NCBI GenBank assembly: GCA_032718475.1
Contig: JAUCBJ010006426.1
Span: 1 to 64,000, forward strand
Source: Nemertoderma westbladi
Taxonomy: Eukaryota; Animalia; Xenacoelomorpha
Direction: 5' to 3'
Length of the DNA stretch: 64,000 nucleotides
A model generated the notes under the pieces. The model saw only the letters and a program-made list of their open reading frames with translations. It searched no databases and was not told the DNA's origin. The position numbers were made by a program, and so were the translations under genes. Shown piece after piece: positions 49,693 through 62,869 of this stretch (position 1 is the stretch's first letter; every line of letters starts with the position of its first letter).

Positions 49693-51152
49693 ATCTGCTA
49701 TCTGAGTTTATTAATATCAAATAAGTTTGTATTTAGGCGAGCGGGCGTCGCTGCCTACTTCTCTTTGCCCCCGGACAGTGGGATTCTCAGCGCCGATGTA
49801 CCGTCGTCGCGGTGTTTACGCCAACATGTAGCAACAGCACGACAACGATAACCGGCACAAGTCACTCCACTGTCCATCCCAAAGGCTTGGATCCACTTAG
49901 GTTCTTTCTATAGGAGAGTTGGGCTATTTTTACAATTGCGACTAGCTACTGTAAACATACTTTAGCAGTAACATTCACCTATAAACGCACAAATTCCACA
50001 CAACTGTCAACAACTGCACACACACAGGCCATTTGTCCGTTAGTCAGTGCCTTCCAGAATGTCACGTTATTACTGTGTATCCTTGGATACTAACAGTGTG
50101 CTATGTTCTCTATGCTATGCAATGGGACAAGCTTTCTATTGTTCTTTTAACTTGCTTCTAATTCTAGCGTGGGTGTTGCTATGGTGACATTATGGAATGC
50201 TAGCGGTAGAATTAGGGTAATTCTCATGCATACAGATCTGGGATGCTATTTAATAATAATTCTTTAATTGTCAATATCCTCTTTATGCATGATTTTGTTA
50301 ATTTTATCGGCTATTGACTATATGTTGGAGATTCTCGCACTCTAATACACTCAATAGGATGAATCTCCGCTCCCATGATCTATTAATTAATGGAATTTTG
50401 GGAATGTTATAAATTGTACAAAATGACAATTTATGAAATTCATTTAAAAATATGAATTTAAATTTATTCCCGTGAATTTTATTATTTGATGTTAAAATTG
50501 ACACAATTTGATTCCAGAGCAGGTCTGGGGACATAGGATCCTTAATTCTATGAAATTTGTCTTTTAAGAGTATCGGGAAGTGCTACGATATCTTAATCGA
50601 CTAGAATTACAGATGGTCAAAAGGTTTAACAGATTTATTTGCGTTTTACGCTACTGTTAGAGGGACATCACGCTACTATATGTATTATTTAATATAAGGT
50701 AGAAGAGCAATATCGCACGAAGCAATGTCAGTGTGAAGAGGCAAGTCGTTTCCAAGGTCTACCCAGAGCTTGGCTTAGCCGAGACACGAGGATCTGAACT
50801 TTGCATTCCTAATACTCTGCCTACCGATAATACTTGAATATAGTAGTGGCTTTATTGTACTTTAATAAGTACGGACATTTCATCTTACTGTAGTCACGTA
50901 TTTATAATATGATACGGACAGTAAGGAAAGAGAAAAATTATTTCTCGCCGTCGCACTAAATATATATTATAAGTAATTACGTACGTAATAAACACTAATA
51001 TATTGCACTAATCTACTAAATAATCACTAAAATAACATTTTACTAAATAAAATTGAATAAAAACGATTATAATAAAGTACATAATAAAGTTCGCATATAA
51101 AAATATAATAAAATAGATAAAACAATATAGTCATACACCCACTCCAGACGTA

Positions 51153-54100
51153 TTACGTGGGGGAGTCCCTAGATGTTTGAGGAATTAGGGAGGTGGTCGT
51201 GGGAAGAGTGTCTTGCCTTCCATAGTTCCCAGAGAGTTCTCTGTCTCTTTCCAGTAAACATAAACGACCAACTGGGCGATTGAGTTGTTGCGTCTCAAAG
51301 ATGATGCCTGGCTTCTTGAAGTTACGCCGCATGACGATGAGTTCTACCGAGCGTATTAAACCATCATCTGAGATGTGTGTCTCGATGATACGACCTGTCT
51401 GCCACCGTTTACGTGGGAGGTCTGGATCTACAATAAGCACCATATCTCCGGCGCTGACGTTTTCTTGCTGCGCAAACCACTTAGTTCGAAGTTGTAGCGT
51501 GGGCAGATAATGTTTCTCGAAATGGTCAGCGAAACGACGGGATAGCAACTGCATAAGTTGCCAAGTTCGACGGCAGTATTCGTCTCCGTCGGCAATCTCC
51601 GATCGTGGGAGCATGGCTACAGGTTTCTTCAGTAGGAAGTGCGCGGGTGTTAGCGCTTCCAGGGAATCGGGACTCGATGAGACTGGCATAAGCGGTCTCT
51701 CGTTGAGATAGGCAGCGATTTCCTCCATTAACGTCCGCAAAAGTTCGTCGGTGAGATACGCGCGGCATGGCACTATAAAGTGAAATGCGGTTTTGACACT
51801 TCGAATTAATCTCTCCCAACTTCCTCCCCACCAAGGGGCGTCGGCAGCGTTGAAGGTCCAGCTAGACGCTGTTATCCTTAGCTGGTCGTCCACCTGTCTT
51901 TGGTTCCAGTCCTTCACGTAAGCCTGTATCTCGTTGTTGGCACCTATGAAGTTCGTTCCTTTATCCGATCTCATGGTATTACTCGTCCCGAAGCGAGCGA
52001 TCTGTCGTCGTAAACTTAAGACGAAGCTGTTAGTAGATAGATCGTTCACCATATCGAGATGGATGGCTCTACAAGTCATGCACACGAAGATGACACACCA
52101 TCTCTTGACTATAGTCCTTGCACGATATACTTCAATAGGGCCAAATAAATCTACACCAGTATTAGTAAAAGGTGGTTCATAAAAGCTTACTCGTTCCCTA
52201 GGTAATTCTGCCTCTCACTGTGTTAAAGGCCTACTGAATGCTTTCCTACAGGGTATGCAGTTCCTAAGAACTTGGTTCAGAGCTCTACGGGGTTTATCAA
52301 AATAATAGCGAGTTCGAATTTCGCTAAGAATTCGTTCTCTACCAGCATGATAAAGTTTACCGTGAACGTCTACAATCATCTTGATTTGTACTTCAAGATT
52401 TCTAATAAGTATGGGGAATTTGATGTCAAAGGATAAGGGCGCATTGGTGAGTCTTCCTCCAACACGTATTAACCCATCTATCATTGTGCTCGAGAATCGA
52501 TCCCTTAAGCGCATCTGCGGATTTCTCAACAACAGGAAGTACTTTTCGGAATCCTCATAGCATTGCAGGAGTCTCAGTATCTGCTTATTTGTTTCTTCAT
52601 GCTCCTGGTGACTAATTTTCTCTTTTAGAAAACGATCAGATATCTTATATTTGGGTAAATTCTTAATAACATGAACTTGTGCAGATGTCAATGGAGCGTG
52701 ATCACTAGTGGTCTTCGTCCTGGAGTAGTGATGATGAAAACATCGTCTTAAATATATGACGGCTTTACAGAGCCGATTCCAGTAACTGTAATGATGCATT
52801 GCTCTCTGCAGCATGGGTGAGATTCCTTGCGAGACGTCTGGTATTCCAGATTTCCAATCTTTATCTCTAATTTCCACAACAGACTTATTTGTGTTGAGGG
52901 ATTGTGGATCCGAAGCATAATTCCCGGAAGTATGTAATACAGATAGATCGATAGTCGGTTTAAATAACTTCGATTTACTCGCCCGGGTTTTAGGTTTGAC
53001 TGTCTCCACTCCCTTGGCTTGTCTAATCTCTGCCGTAGTAAGGTGAGGAGGCCATTCATCCTCTTCCTTGCTCAGGAAGTCGGGTCCATCCAACCAATCT
53101 GGAGTATCTATCAGTTCCTGTGGAGTTGCTCCCCTGGAGGCGATATCGGCTGGATTAATCGTACCAGGGCAATGTCTCCATTGATCTATCTTTGTGCGAC
53201 TAAGAATAATAGCTACTCGGTTAGTAACAAAAACGCTAAACTGACAGACTTCATTGGTTAGATACTCTAACACGAGTAAAGCGTCAGTCCAATAAACCGT
53301 TTTCTCCAGTGGATAGTCGATTTGTTCCGTTACGTTCCGGCCGATGGCTGTAGCGTATAAAGCCGCCTTTAACTCCGCTCGAGGAACCTTTAACTTGTTG
53401 TTAATCAATGCCTTAGAGGTAACCAAGGCGACTTTGATTCCATCCGGAGTTTCGACTCGCAGATATGCTACTATACCTATTCCCATGTCGCTGGCGTCTC
53501 CAAACACATGGAGTTGATAGGAATACGTAGGAAGAACATGGCCAAAATATGCACGGGAAATTATAAAGTTCTCGATGGCAGGTAGAGAATCTTCCCATTT
53601 CATCCATTTCTTTAACAATTCCCCTTTAAGCGGATCGTCCCATGAGTGGTTTTCAAGCCACATTTGTTGTACTAAACTCCGAGCAATCAATATAACTGGG
53701 CTAATAAATCCCAATGGGTCGAAATAAGTGCTCAGGATACTTAAACAAATCCGTTTGGTCCGAACTGGATTATCTCGCTGTTTTAACTGAAAAAACAGGA
53801 TGTCTCTTTCAGTGTCCCACTTCAAGCCTAGCGTCTTGGTTTCAGGAAGATCGTCCTTTATTAAATCTAGGTCTTTCGCTCCGCGGTCTTCTACCGGTAT
53901 GGCTTCCAGAAACTCACGGGAGTTGCTAGTGAATTTCGTCCGCCTCTTTTCAAACACTCTACCGTTCCTTTCGCGACAGCTATGGCTTCTTCTACTGATG
54001 GAAGGGACCTTAAATTGTCGTCCATGTATATATTGCATTTTATGTTGTCTATCACTTCTTTGGAGAAGGAGTCTCGGTTATCATTCGCAGTGGTTCGCAC

Positions 54101-55855
54101 CACGGAGCAGGCGTTGGAAGGGCTTGATATGATCCCAAAAGCCTGGATGGTCATCCAGTACTCTACCGGTTTCTGGTTGAGGTCTCCTTCAGGCCACCAC
54201 AGAAATCTCAGGCTGTCTCTATCTCTATCCAGCGCCTTGACTTGTAAGAACATTCCTTCTATATCAGAGGCGAACGCGATGGAATATTGTCTTAATCTTA
54301 ATAGTATTCCCAACAAAGATTGGAGTAAGTTGGGTCCTGGTAACAACTCGGAATTAAGGGATTGGCCCATATATAGAGCGGAGCCATCAAATACGACTCT
54401 TACTTCATGGGGTTTACCGGGTTTGGGAACGTAATGATGTGTTAAATAATACGTTCTCTCAGTCACTGGTGTTCCTTCCGGTACTCGCTCCGCGTATCCC
54501 TTTGTTATAAATTTCTTCAGCTGAGTTTGGTACATTTCTTTCGCTGAAGCATTAGCTGTAAGTCGTCGATGTAATTGAGCGATTCTTTTCTCTGCTAAAG
54601 GTCTGTTATTTATAAATCTAGGTTCTCGTTTTCGAAATGGTAGGCCGATTTCATATCTACCTTGGTCTTTTAAAAAACGTGTAGTTGTTTCCTGGATTTG
54701 CTTGGCTCTTTCTTCTTCTATCGATAGAGCCTTATCATATGAATTGGGTTCTACCAGTTCCTGAGTAAAGAATCGTATGGCTAGTTCGTCCCGAGTTCTA
54801 GCGTTGTAGCGCTCTATCTCATCGTTTAGTTCGTCATTGTAAGCGATGGGTTCCGATGGGTGAATCAGTTGACATAGGTTCACCTGACTTTTCCAAGTTT
54901 GGTTTTCTGTAAGTAGGTCGATTGTGTTCTCTTCATCGAAGAGTTGGTAGATGTCGTCATTATCTGAGGAGTATGGTGTTCCCTCAGTTAGTTCGTCCAC
55001 CTCACTGCTCTCCACTTCCCAATCGTGTACTTGGTATGTTTGTTCTTGTGGCATTCTCTCTTCGAGAGTCCTGCGGGAAGGGCCAGTAAAGTACCAACCT
55101 ACTCTAGTTCTTACTGCATAGGTTTGCAGTGGCTGTGGTTGAGCAGGCCGTTTCTCCAATGTTTCGAGCGCCTCATGCGCGTTTTGGCCGATGAGTATTG
55201 GCACTCCAGGATAATCTGTCTGGAATCGAGGTATCTTAAGATGTTGGATGCTCTGGTCCTCGTCCCAATCATAAAGGTCTGCTTGAGTAGTAGCGAAGTT
55301 CTTTATAGCCACCATTTTTACCGACCTTATACCTTGTGTTCCTAACTTATCCTGGGGGGTGGACAACACACCTACATAGTAATCTGCCGTTAAGGTCGAT
55401 TTCCAAACCTGCATAATTCCTGACATATTCAATTTAGTCCGGAACTTGGGTTGTCCAGCAAAGATATCTTCGGCTAGTTCTTGATCGATGAATGTTCCTG
55501 TGCTGCCAGAGTCAAGGAGGGCGTTCACTATGTAACTTTTGTTAAGACCGTGAACTCTTACCTGCACTACAGGAAATTCTCTGATTCCTACGTTGGAAGT
55601 TGGAGCTTTCCAAGATGGTTGTTTGGCAAAAGTAGTTGGGGGAAACTCATTGTTGGTGTCCTTTTCATAAGTAAGTGCTCGATACACTGCGGTATTGATT
55701 AGATAACAGGATTCGTTGGCGTCGGAGAATTCGTCAGTATAGAATCCTTCCATCTCAGACTCCTGATCAGTGTCGTTTACATCACTGAATTGGACATGTA
55801 GTTCGGGCTCACTTACCTGGCTCGGGTTGTCTCGGTCGAACTCACTGTGTAACAA
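51153..55855 (-). pseudogene. pol: BEL/Pao pol (protease, RT, RNase H, integrase, DUF5641-like end), disrupted
   Basis: LLDSGS; RVVFDGS, SDIEGMFLQV, FG..SSP, YMDD; FGDAS; H...H...CIPC; GVDLFGP, SDKGTNF, APWWGGSWERLIRSVK; frameshift at ~53990 and stop at 52215. Confidence 0.93.
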
Positions 55856-58800
55856 GATGTGATGTTTCGCGCCACACTTTGCACACTTTATGTCGGAGTA
55901 ACAGGTTCGCCGTTGGTGTCCTGGTCTGAGGCAATTATAGCATAACCGCTTGTCCTACACAACTGCACGTCTGTCTACAAGGGATTTCTTTAGAAATTCA
56001 GCACACGCACTCAAACGGTGGGTCCCGTCGCACAGCGCACAGTTAGGTTTTATGTTACTCACTTTACCTTGGGTAACCTGATGCACTCTCGTTCTTTGTT
56101 CGGGCTTTCTTACGTGCATTCTGTTAGGGGACTGAGGAGGGGTCTTGGCAACCTGTTCTCTCCTATCGTTGGTTCGAGACTTGTATTTACTTACGTCTTT
56201 TGGGGTTTTGCTAACGTAGTAAGATCGGTCAGTGTCTTTCCCACTGTCTTCTTCTTGAGAAGCTTGGCTTTCGCCGTCGTCAGTGTAACACACCGGTGTT
56301 ACTCTTCTCCTAGAAGCGGGTTTCTCACTTACCTTATTTTCCGATGTTTTCTCTCTGGACTGCTTGATGAGTTGTAATTTTACCTCACCATCTAAGAAGG
56401 ACATGAGATCAGCCATGGTAGGGCTTCGTCGTTGTTGTTCATTCATGTACAACACTTTCTTGTCCCAACGCGTACATACTCCACCCTTTGGTAAAGTAGA
56501 GACTACGGCTCCAATAACCATTGAACTCTGATATTCATGAGACTTACCTAACCAGTCCAATTGTCTACAGATCTCTTGAATCTCATCGGAAAACTCTATA
56601 ATCCCGCTACTAAGGAAGTGTCGGGGGGCTACTAATTTTGCATACAAATACTTAGCTATGTTATCCTTATTACCATACCTGATGTTTAATGTATCCCATA
56701 CTTGTCTTAATCCTTCTGGATGTCCAATAAACTTTAACGCCATTAACTTGGGAGGTCCTTCCAAGCACTTGATGAGGAACCTAAGTTTCTCTCCGTTAGA
56801 TAGTACAGAGTTCTGTATGCTGTCTTTGTAATATTCATTGAAAGGTAACCATTTCATCTCATCTCCATTGAATTTGACGATCTCTCCCACTTTGACCGCT
56901 TGGCGGGCTTCTGTTCTAGCCATCTGACGCGTAAAGCTTTCTTGGGCCATCGTGTTATTTAATATCGAATTATCGGTATATAAATTTCTCGGATCATTGT
57001 CAGGTCTATAGGGGATATCATTAATAACAGGTCTATAATCACCCTTAATAGGGTTTGCTATAGGAGTTTCAACTTCACTAGCAGTATGCGGATGCGTGTA
57101 GGCTCCACACCTTGCGCATGTAATGCTTCAGACCTAACAGGTTGACACAATGTTACAGGGGGTATTGGTATGCCCTTTTGTATATTGACTAATTTGTCGC
57201 GTTCCAGTGCGATACTTTGCTGCACTTCTTGCAATTCTGCCCTACCTTCCCTTACTGTTCCCTTAAGCTGGTGGACAGTCTCCTGCATCTGTCCGAGCAG
57301 GAGATTCATCCCCCGCCGTCCCTCCTCTACCCACTCGACCGCCGAAGCGGGAGTCGCCAACATTGTAGCGGGCTGACGTGGGACGACGGGAGACAAATCT
57401 TTGATTTCTCTCTCAGCTTTCAGGACAGGAATATTCTCATGGACTGTTCTACCGGGTACAGGCAGTGTAGTACTGTGTAAAGGGAACTTAGAGTTAAGCT
57501 CTGGAAGTACAGGGGTCTCTAGCACAGAAGTGACTTTGGGAACGACAGGCCTAATTATTTCAGGCTCATCAACTATTGTAGGGAGTCTTTTGACCCGAAT
57601 AATTTGTTCTGTGGGTTCTGTATTGCCTAAGTCTGCGCTAGTTAATTGTCTTCTAACCGCCGGGGGTAAATCAGGCAATTTGTGACGGTGAGATGTTTTT
57701 CTACGCCTGCTTAGACGAGATATATTTCCTCCGCCTTCAGGATCGGTGGTTTCGCTTTCCTCAGAGGATGTGTATCCCTGGCGTTTGGGAGTAGATCTAC
57801 TCCTCATCTGCATTTGCCTAGCAGTTAACTGTTTATTTATGCAGTCTTGCGTCTCTTGAAGATTTTCCAACTCCAGTTGTGTGGTCTCTTCAGACGCTCT
57901 CTGTTCTGCGTCTGCCAATGCCATTGCTGCTGCTGCTTTGGCTGCTTCCACTGTCGCTGCCGCTTTTGCTTCTGCCTCTTCCACTGCCGCTGCTGCCTTT
58001 GCCGCTGCTACTGCCTTTGCCGCTTCCACTGCCGCTGCCGCTTTTGCCTCTTCCACTGATGCTGCCGCTTTCGCCGCTGCTACTGCCTTTTTGTCCTCTA
58101 TCCGCCTTCTCTTTACCTGTTCTTCTTGGACTCTAGCGAGGCGGAGTTTTTCATCAAATTCTGCTTGGTTAGCAGCTAACATTTCAGCATCGATTGAATC
58201 TAACATACGCTGGGTTCCTTCACTATTGGGGGAAAGTCCAGACAGCCGTCTCCTCAACTCTTCGTCTCCTAGGAATCGCTGATAGTCGGACAGATAAATG
58301 TCGATGGCGTCTCTCGTTCGTGGTTTCTCTGAGGTCTCTTCGCCTTCCACTTGAGAAAGGGTGGCATCGGTTGGTTCTTCATAAGTTAGTCTCTCAGACA
58401 GCTGGGATTTCCACTGGTCCGTTTCTTGTACTTTGCGACCTACCCGCTGGAACCAAGTTTTGACAGCAACCTGCAGCGACGTGTCCTGTCTTCTTTTGGA
58501 AGTTTCCTCAAAAGCTGATAGGATTAGTCGAATGCGTAGGGTTCTTTCGCGTACTTGATATAGCAGTTCTTCCTGCTCTTGAGGTCCTTGGGGTTGTCGA
58601 AACAGTTGTTCTTCTAATCTCTCTAAGGAGCCGAAGAATCCCTGCACATATCCTGCTGCCGACCTCTTCCAAACAGCTGGATCCATCGTATCTTTAGCCA
58701 CTCCCATCCTGTGTATATCTTCCCAAGTAGCCTCGGACAAATCTAACGGGAGTCCGGGTCCGGGAAAGTTCCATTGTGACTTGACAATAGACATCAATTC

Positions 58801-59265
58801 TTCCCTGGCGTATCCCGCATAATCATCTTGGGTCGCTCGCTTATTTCTCGCCCAATCTGCTTGATGTTCCTCCACCGCAATCGATATAGTTGTTAGCACT
58901 ACGGCAGGAAGGGTGAGAAGGGGGTCCGAGTAGGCTTTAGCCGTCATCTGCACTCCGCGTTCGGGGGTCAGCTCTACAGTATCCGAACTACTGGAGCTAT
59001 CGGATCGCTGGGAACAAGTTTCTTGACTAGGATGTTGCTGCTGTTGGACAGCTGCTTCCTGGTTCCGTTTGACTTGGGCCCGAGTGCCGATGATAGACCT
59101 ACGGTGTTGGATTAGCTTACGGTCTGATACTACTACTGTAGGGATGACCTTTCTTTCAGTAGGAGGTGAGCTGAACTCCTTTCTTAATCGCTCCACACTC
59201 CTATCTGTGTCACAGATGGTTGTATCGATTAGACTGTCTGACAGGTTTTGCTGAGTGTCAGACAT
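55856..59265 (-). pseudogene. gag: BEL/Pao gag with long N-terminal coiled-coil/Ala-rich extension, disrupted
   Basis: DUF1759-like FNGD...W..F...EKLRFL..CLEG; knuckles CALCDGTHRLSAC, CYNCLRPGHQRRTC, CAKCGAKHHILLH; stop at 55955 and frame break near 57058. Confidence 0.88.
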
Positions 59266-60607
59266 GTTTAGCTATACAGTTGAATGTCTACTGCTATAGT
59301 TTTAGTTAAAGCAAGTCTAGTAATTCAGTATGACCGTTGGCCTAGTACCGTTAATTTATTACAGTATATTATAATACCGGTATACTTATGGTATATATAA
59401 GTATTGTAAACTAGGTTTGTCACAGAGTACCGGTATATAAATTTAGCACAAATATATATAAATATATAATAGGCCTATCGTGAATACCGGTATACAGCTT
59501 ACACTGATAGTATATATAAGTATAATTATGGACTAGAATTAATCACAGAATACCGGTATGATTTTAGCTCAAATTTATAGAAATAAATATAATAAGCCTA
59601 TGGTAAATACCGGTATGTCAATTATTTTAAAATAATTGAATTTCTGAATATTTTAGGGTTACTTGGTTACTTTAACTTACTTTATTACCGTTATTTAAGC
59701 AGTAGTCCAACTGATATTGACCTAGTTGTTGTATGGCAGGCCTACTATTTATAAATCGTTTGAGTTGATTTATAATAGATATATACCCGTTTAAAAGGGT
59801 TTTGTCAATATTTGAAATAAATGTTATTATTTCTGGGGGAAGTCACTACACAGAAGCTGTGCGCTCTCAGTGAAGTGCTACCTATGGGACACTAAAACAG
59901 ATAATTCTAATTTACCTAAGTTACTTAATACTACAAATTACTTACGATACGGGTGAGATTAATTCTCTAATTAAACACAACAAAAAATTACGTATGAAAT
60001 TTTTAGGGTAATTTTACAGGGAAACTACAAACCAGTCTAACAAAGGGTTAGAATTCTGGTTATTACAACGGACGGGGTACTACGGTATTTGAAATAATAA
60101 GTAGTAGTAAATATATTGCACTGTCCAGATAGGAAAATACCACCGCCTGACGACCTATAGCCGTATCACTATAGGTACTACGTTATGTATCACGGAGTGT
60201 TCCTACCTAGAAGTTAATTACCGCGGACTACCAGATCCAACGTGCCTATTAACCACTTTACAACACAATACACTGCCTACACACTAATTACTTTCGGAAA
60301 GCACTGTACACTAAACCCTAAATTAGGTACAAGTACTGGTACTTGTATCATATAACCAGTAGTTAAATATACTTGAACAGTTAAAAGAACCACGGCATCT
60401 GCTGGAGTGACCGAAGCACAAAGTCACCAGTCTTGTCCTACGCCAAGCAGCCCGTGTAGTACCGGGGTTAATTTAACTATAACGGTATGTGTAACAAGCA
60501 CAATTACTGTAGGAATAAACTTGGGGACCTGAATGTTGCGAATAATCGCATAAACTCTGAATAATAAATATTACGCTACCCGTACAGAATACTCAAACAA
60601 ATACAAA

Positions 60608-61150
60608 CCAAAACGCTGGCAGACTACCACCAAGCCTAAATAAACTACTGTATGTGCAGATTCCAAAACGGTTAGTTAGTATGCGTTCTAACACGGTAGT
60701 ACGACTTATTCTTTAAGAGGGGATTGACCTTACAGCTATGGCTGCCCCAACTTACTAACTGGCACTTTATCAGACAAACTCTACACACGCAGCAATCTCT
60801 TCAGACCTAATAATAGCTAGACAACAATCCAGCCTACAAAATATCTGAGTAATAACTATTACGGTACCTGAACAGACCACACAAACAAACACAGGCCAAA
60901 ACGCTGGCAGAATACTGTCAAGCCTAAATAAACTACAGTATGTGCAGATTCCAAAATTGTTAGTTAGTATGCGTTCTAACACGGTAGTACGACTTATTCT
61001 TTAAGAGGGGATTGACCTTACAGCTATGGCTGCCCCAACTTACTAACTGGCACTCTATCGGACAAACTCTACACACGCCGTAATCTCTCCAAACCCAACA
61101 ACAATCCGACAACAGTCCGGCCTACAATTATCTGAACAATCTGAGCAGAC
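60608..61150. repeat. ~288-bp tandem duplication in the BEL leader
   Basis: CCAAAACGCTGGCAGA... starts at 60608 and 60896, with long stretches of identity. Confidence 0.85.
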
Positions 61151-61498
61151 TTACACGTCTTCAGCTCAATATTAACTTACTAGGAAATAAAACTGACAGA
61201 AATAGACCTAAGTAAAATCCCAATAAAAACCAGGCGTCCCCGATTTAATATCGAGACCTACCGGTATACAATAATCAAATCGAATAATACTAATGTACTT
61301 ATACTGGAAGTACCGGTTAGGACAGTTGGGCCTACAGGCCTACAGAAGTACCGGTTCTGGCAGTTGGACCTACGGACCTACAGCAGTACCGGTTCTGGCA
61401 GTTGGGCCTACTGACCTACAGAAGTACCGGTTCAGGTTTACCGGTTGACCGGTACTTTCAACTTTATTGCTTACTGCAATAAAGTCAATAGCTGTTAT

Positions 61499-62122
61499 TG
61501 TACGCGCTTTTGAAGACCTTTAGCAGTTTAACCCGCCAAAATTTATATGTCTTTTGGTTTATAAATATACTTTAGAAGATGACAAATATTTAATACCAAT
61601 AAACACAACATTAGCAGAAGCCAGCCTAGTGCGCGTCCATTCACCCGCTGGATATTCCCGGGAGACTGGATTCTGAGGGCTTAGATTATTATTGCAGTGT
61701 AAGCTTACTGTACTGTATTATTCGATTGATCGTTAATAATTAATTTCTGACTAATATTATTCACTTTCGGGAAATATTAACAGTTCCTTTAGGACGTGGC
61801 GCTCTATCTAAGTAAACAGAGATATGACTTATACTAATCACAACGGTAAGTTGGTAAGGCTTAAGATTCACGTATGAGGCGCATTCTTTAGGAAATGCTT
61901 AGTTATCAGTCACAATCAGGCACACTACCGGTAACATACAATACTGCTCACTAATTTGCCGACCGTCAATGAATTTTATCATATATAAAGAGAACAGCAA
62001 CGAATCATGTAGGGCTTACCAAATAGCATTAAATTCACTACAAACCACAACAATATAAGTCGCAATCGCTATATATAACCCGTCTCTCTAACCTGTAGTG
62101 TATCAAGAAAATTGGGAAATTT
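61499..62122 (-). repeat. 5' LTR remnant (inner 624 bp)
   Basis: Matches 45279-45902; by eye only one substitution (GCGTGTCC vs GCGCGTCC). Confidence 0.9.
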
Positions 62123-62470
62123 TAAAAAATCTTACTCAATTTTAACATCAGAGGTGTTGAATTTATATGGAATATATGGGATCCAATCAATTCGTATACA
62201 TAATGTTAAAGCCATGATTTCAGCCTACTATAAAGAGTTTCAAAGCCATCAAAAACATCCAGGAAGGAGTAAATTCTTGGATGACTGTGACACACCAATA
62301 TCTTTCAAGTCCAATAAACAGCCTAAATGGGTTCTGGAGAAGGATTTATTGTGGTATGAAAACCGACAAGCCAGTCTTGGTGGCAGTCTAGGCCCTGTTG
62401 ACAAGGAGGCTTTGAAACGATCAAATAGGCAGAAATCTGAAGTCCATGGATCCATGACAAGTCCACTTTC
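62123..62470 (+). pseudogene. N-terminal fragment of a hATm-like transposase
   Basis: EKDLLWYENRQASLGGSLGPVDK resembles the 'E..F..DQR..R...G.VD' motif of this group. Confidence 0.4.
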
Positions 62471-62869
62471 ACTTGGCGGCCGACATTTTTTTACCAAAAC
62501 AATAAATGGAAGCTGGAATTTCAGGAATACAGCCCCGACTTTAAATGCAAAACAAATATAATTCCCTGCAAGGTTTTCGGGGTCGAGAAATCTATTTTTG
62601 ACATTTTCATGGTCATATCACTTTGTTCTGTTGCCATGGTAATGGGATAATTTTCATCTCTAAAGCTACTATCAGTTGCCGAAACGCGACAACAGCGTAA
62701 CAATGCTGATAATTCAGGAACTCAAACTGATCCCAGTACCGAGGAAGTTGTCTTTGTATTTGGGGACTACAACCTCCCCTGTATCATAAACTCATCAACT
62801 CTCCACACAAAGGAAACTTACCACGATCCTGAGATTCTATCGGTTACTACAAAGTCGCGGTTTCTACAG

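Larger units (their letters stand above)
45279..62122 (-). mobile_element. BEL/Pao LTR retrotransposon with long leader and extra 3' ORF; 5' LTR truncated
   Basis: Direct repeat 45279-45902 = 61499-62122; gag-PR-RT-RH-IN order with triple zinc knuckle on the minus strand. Confidence 0.92.

Noticed and set aside
51280-59254. Plus-strand ORFs over BEL gag-pol
   Set aside because: Antisense shadows of the retroelement ORFs.
62740-62790. VFVFGDYNLPCI, an APE endonuclease-like motif
   Set aside because: Too short to support a feature.
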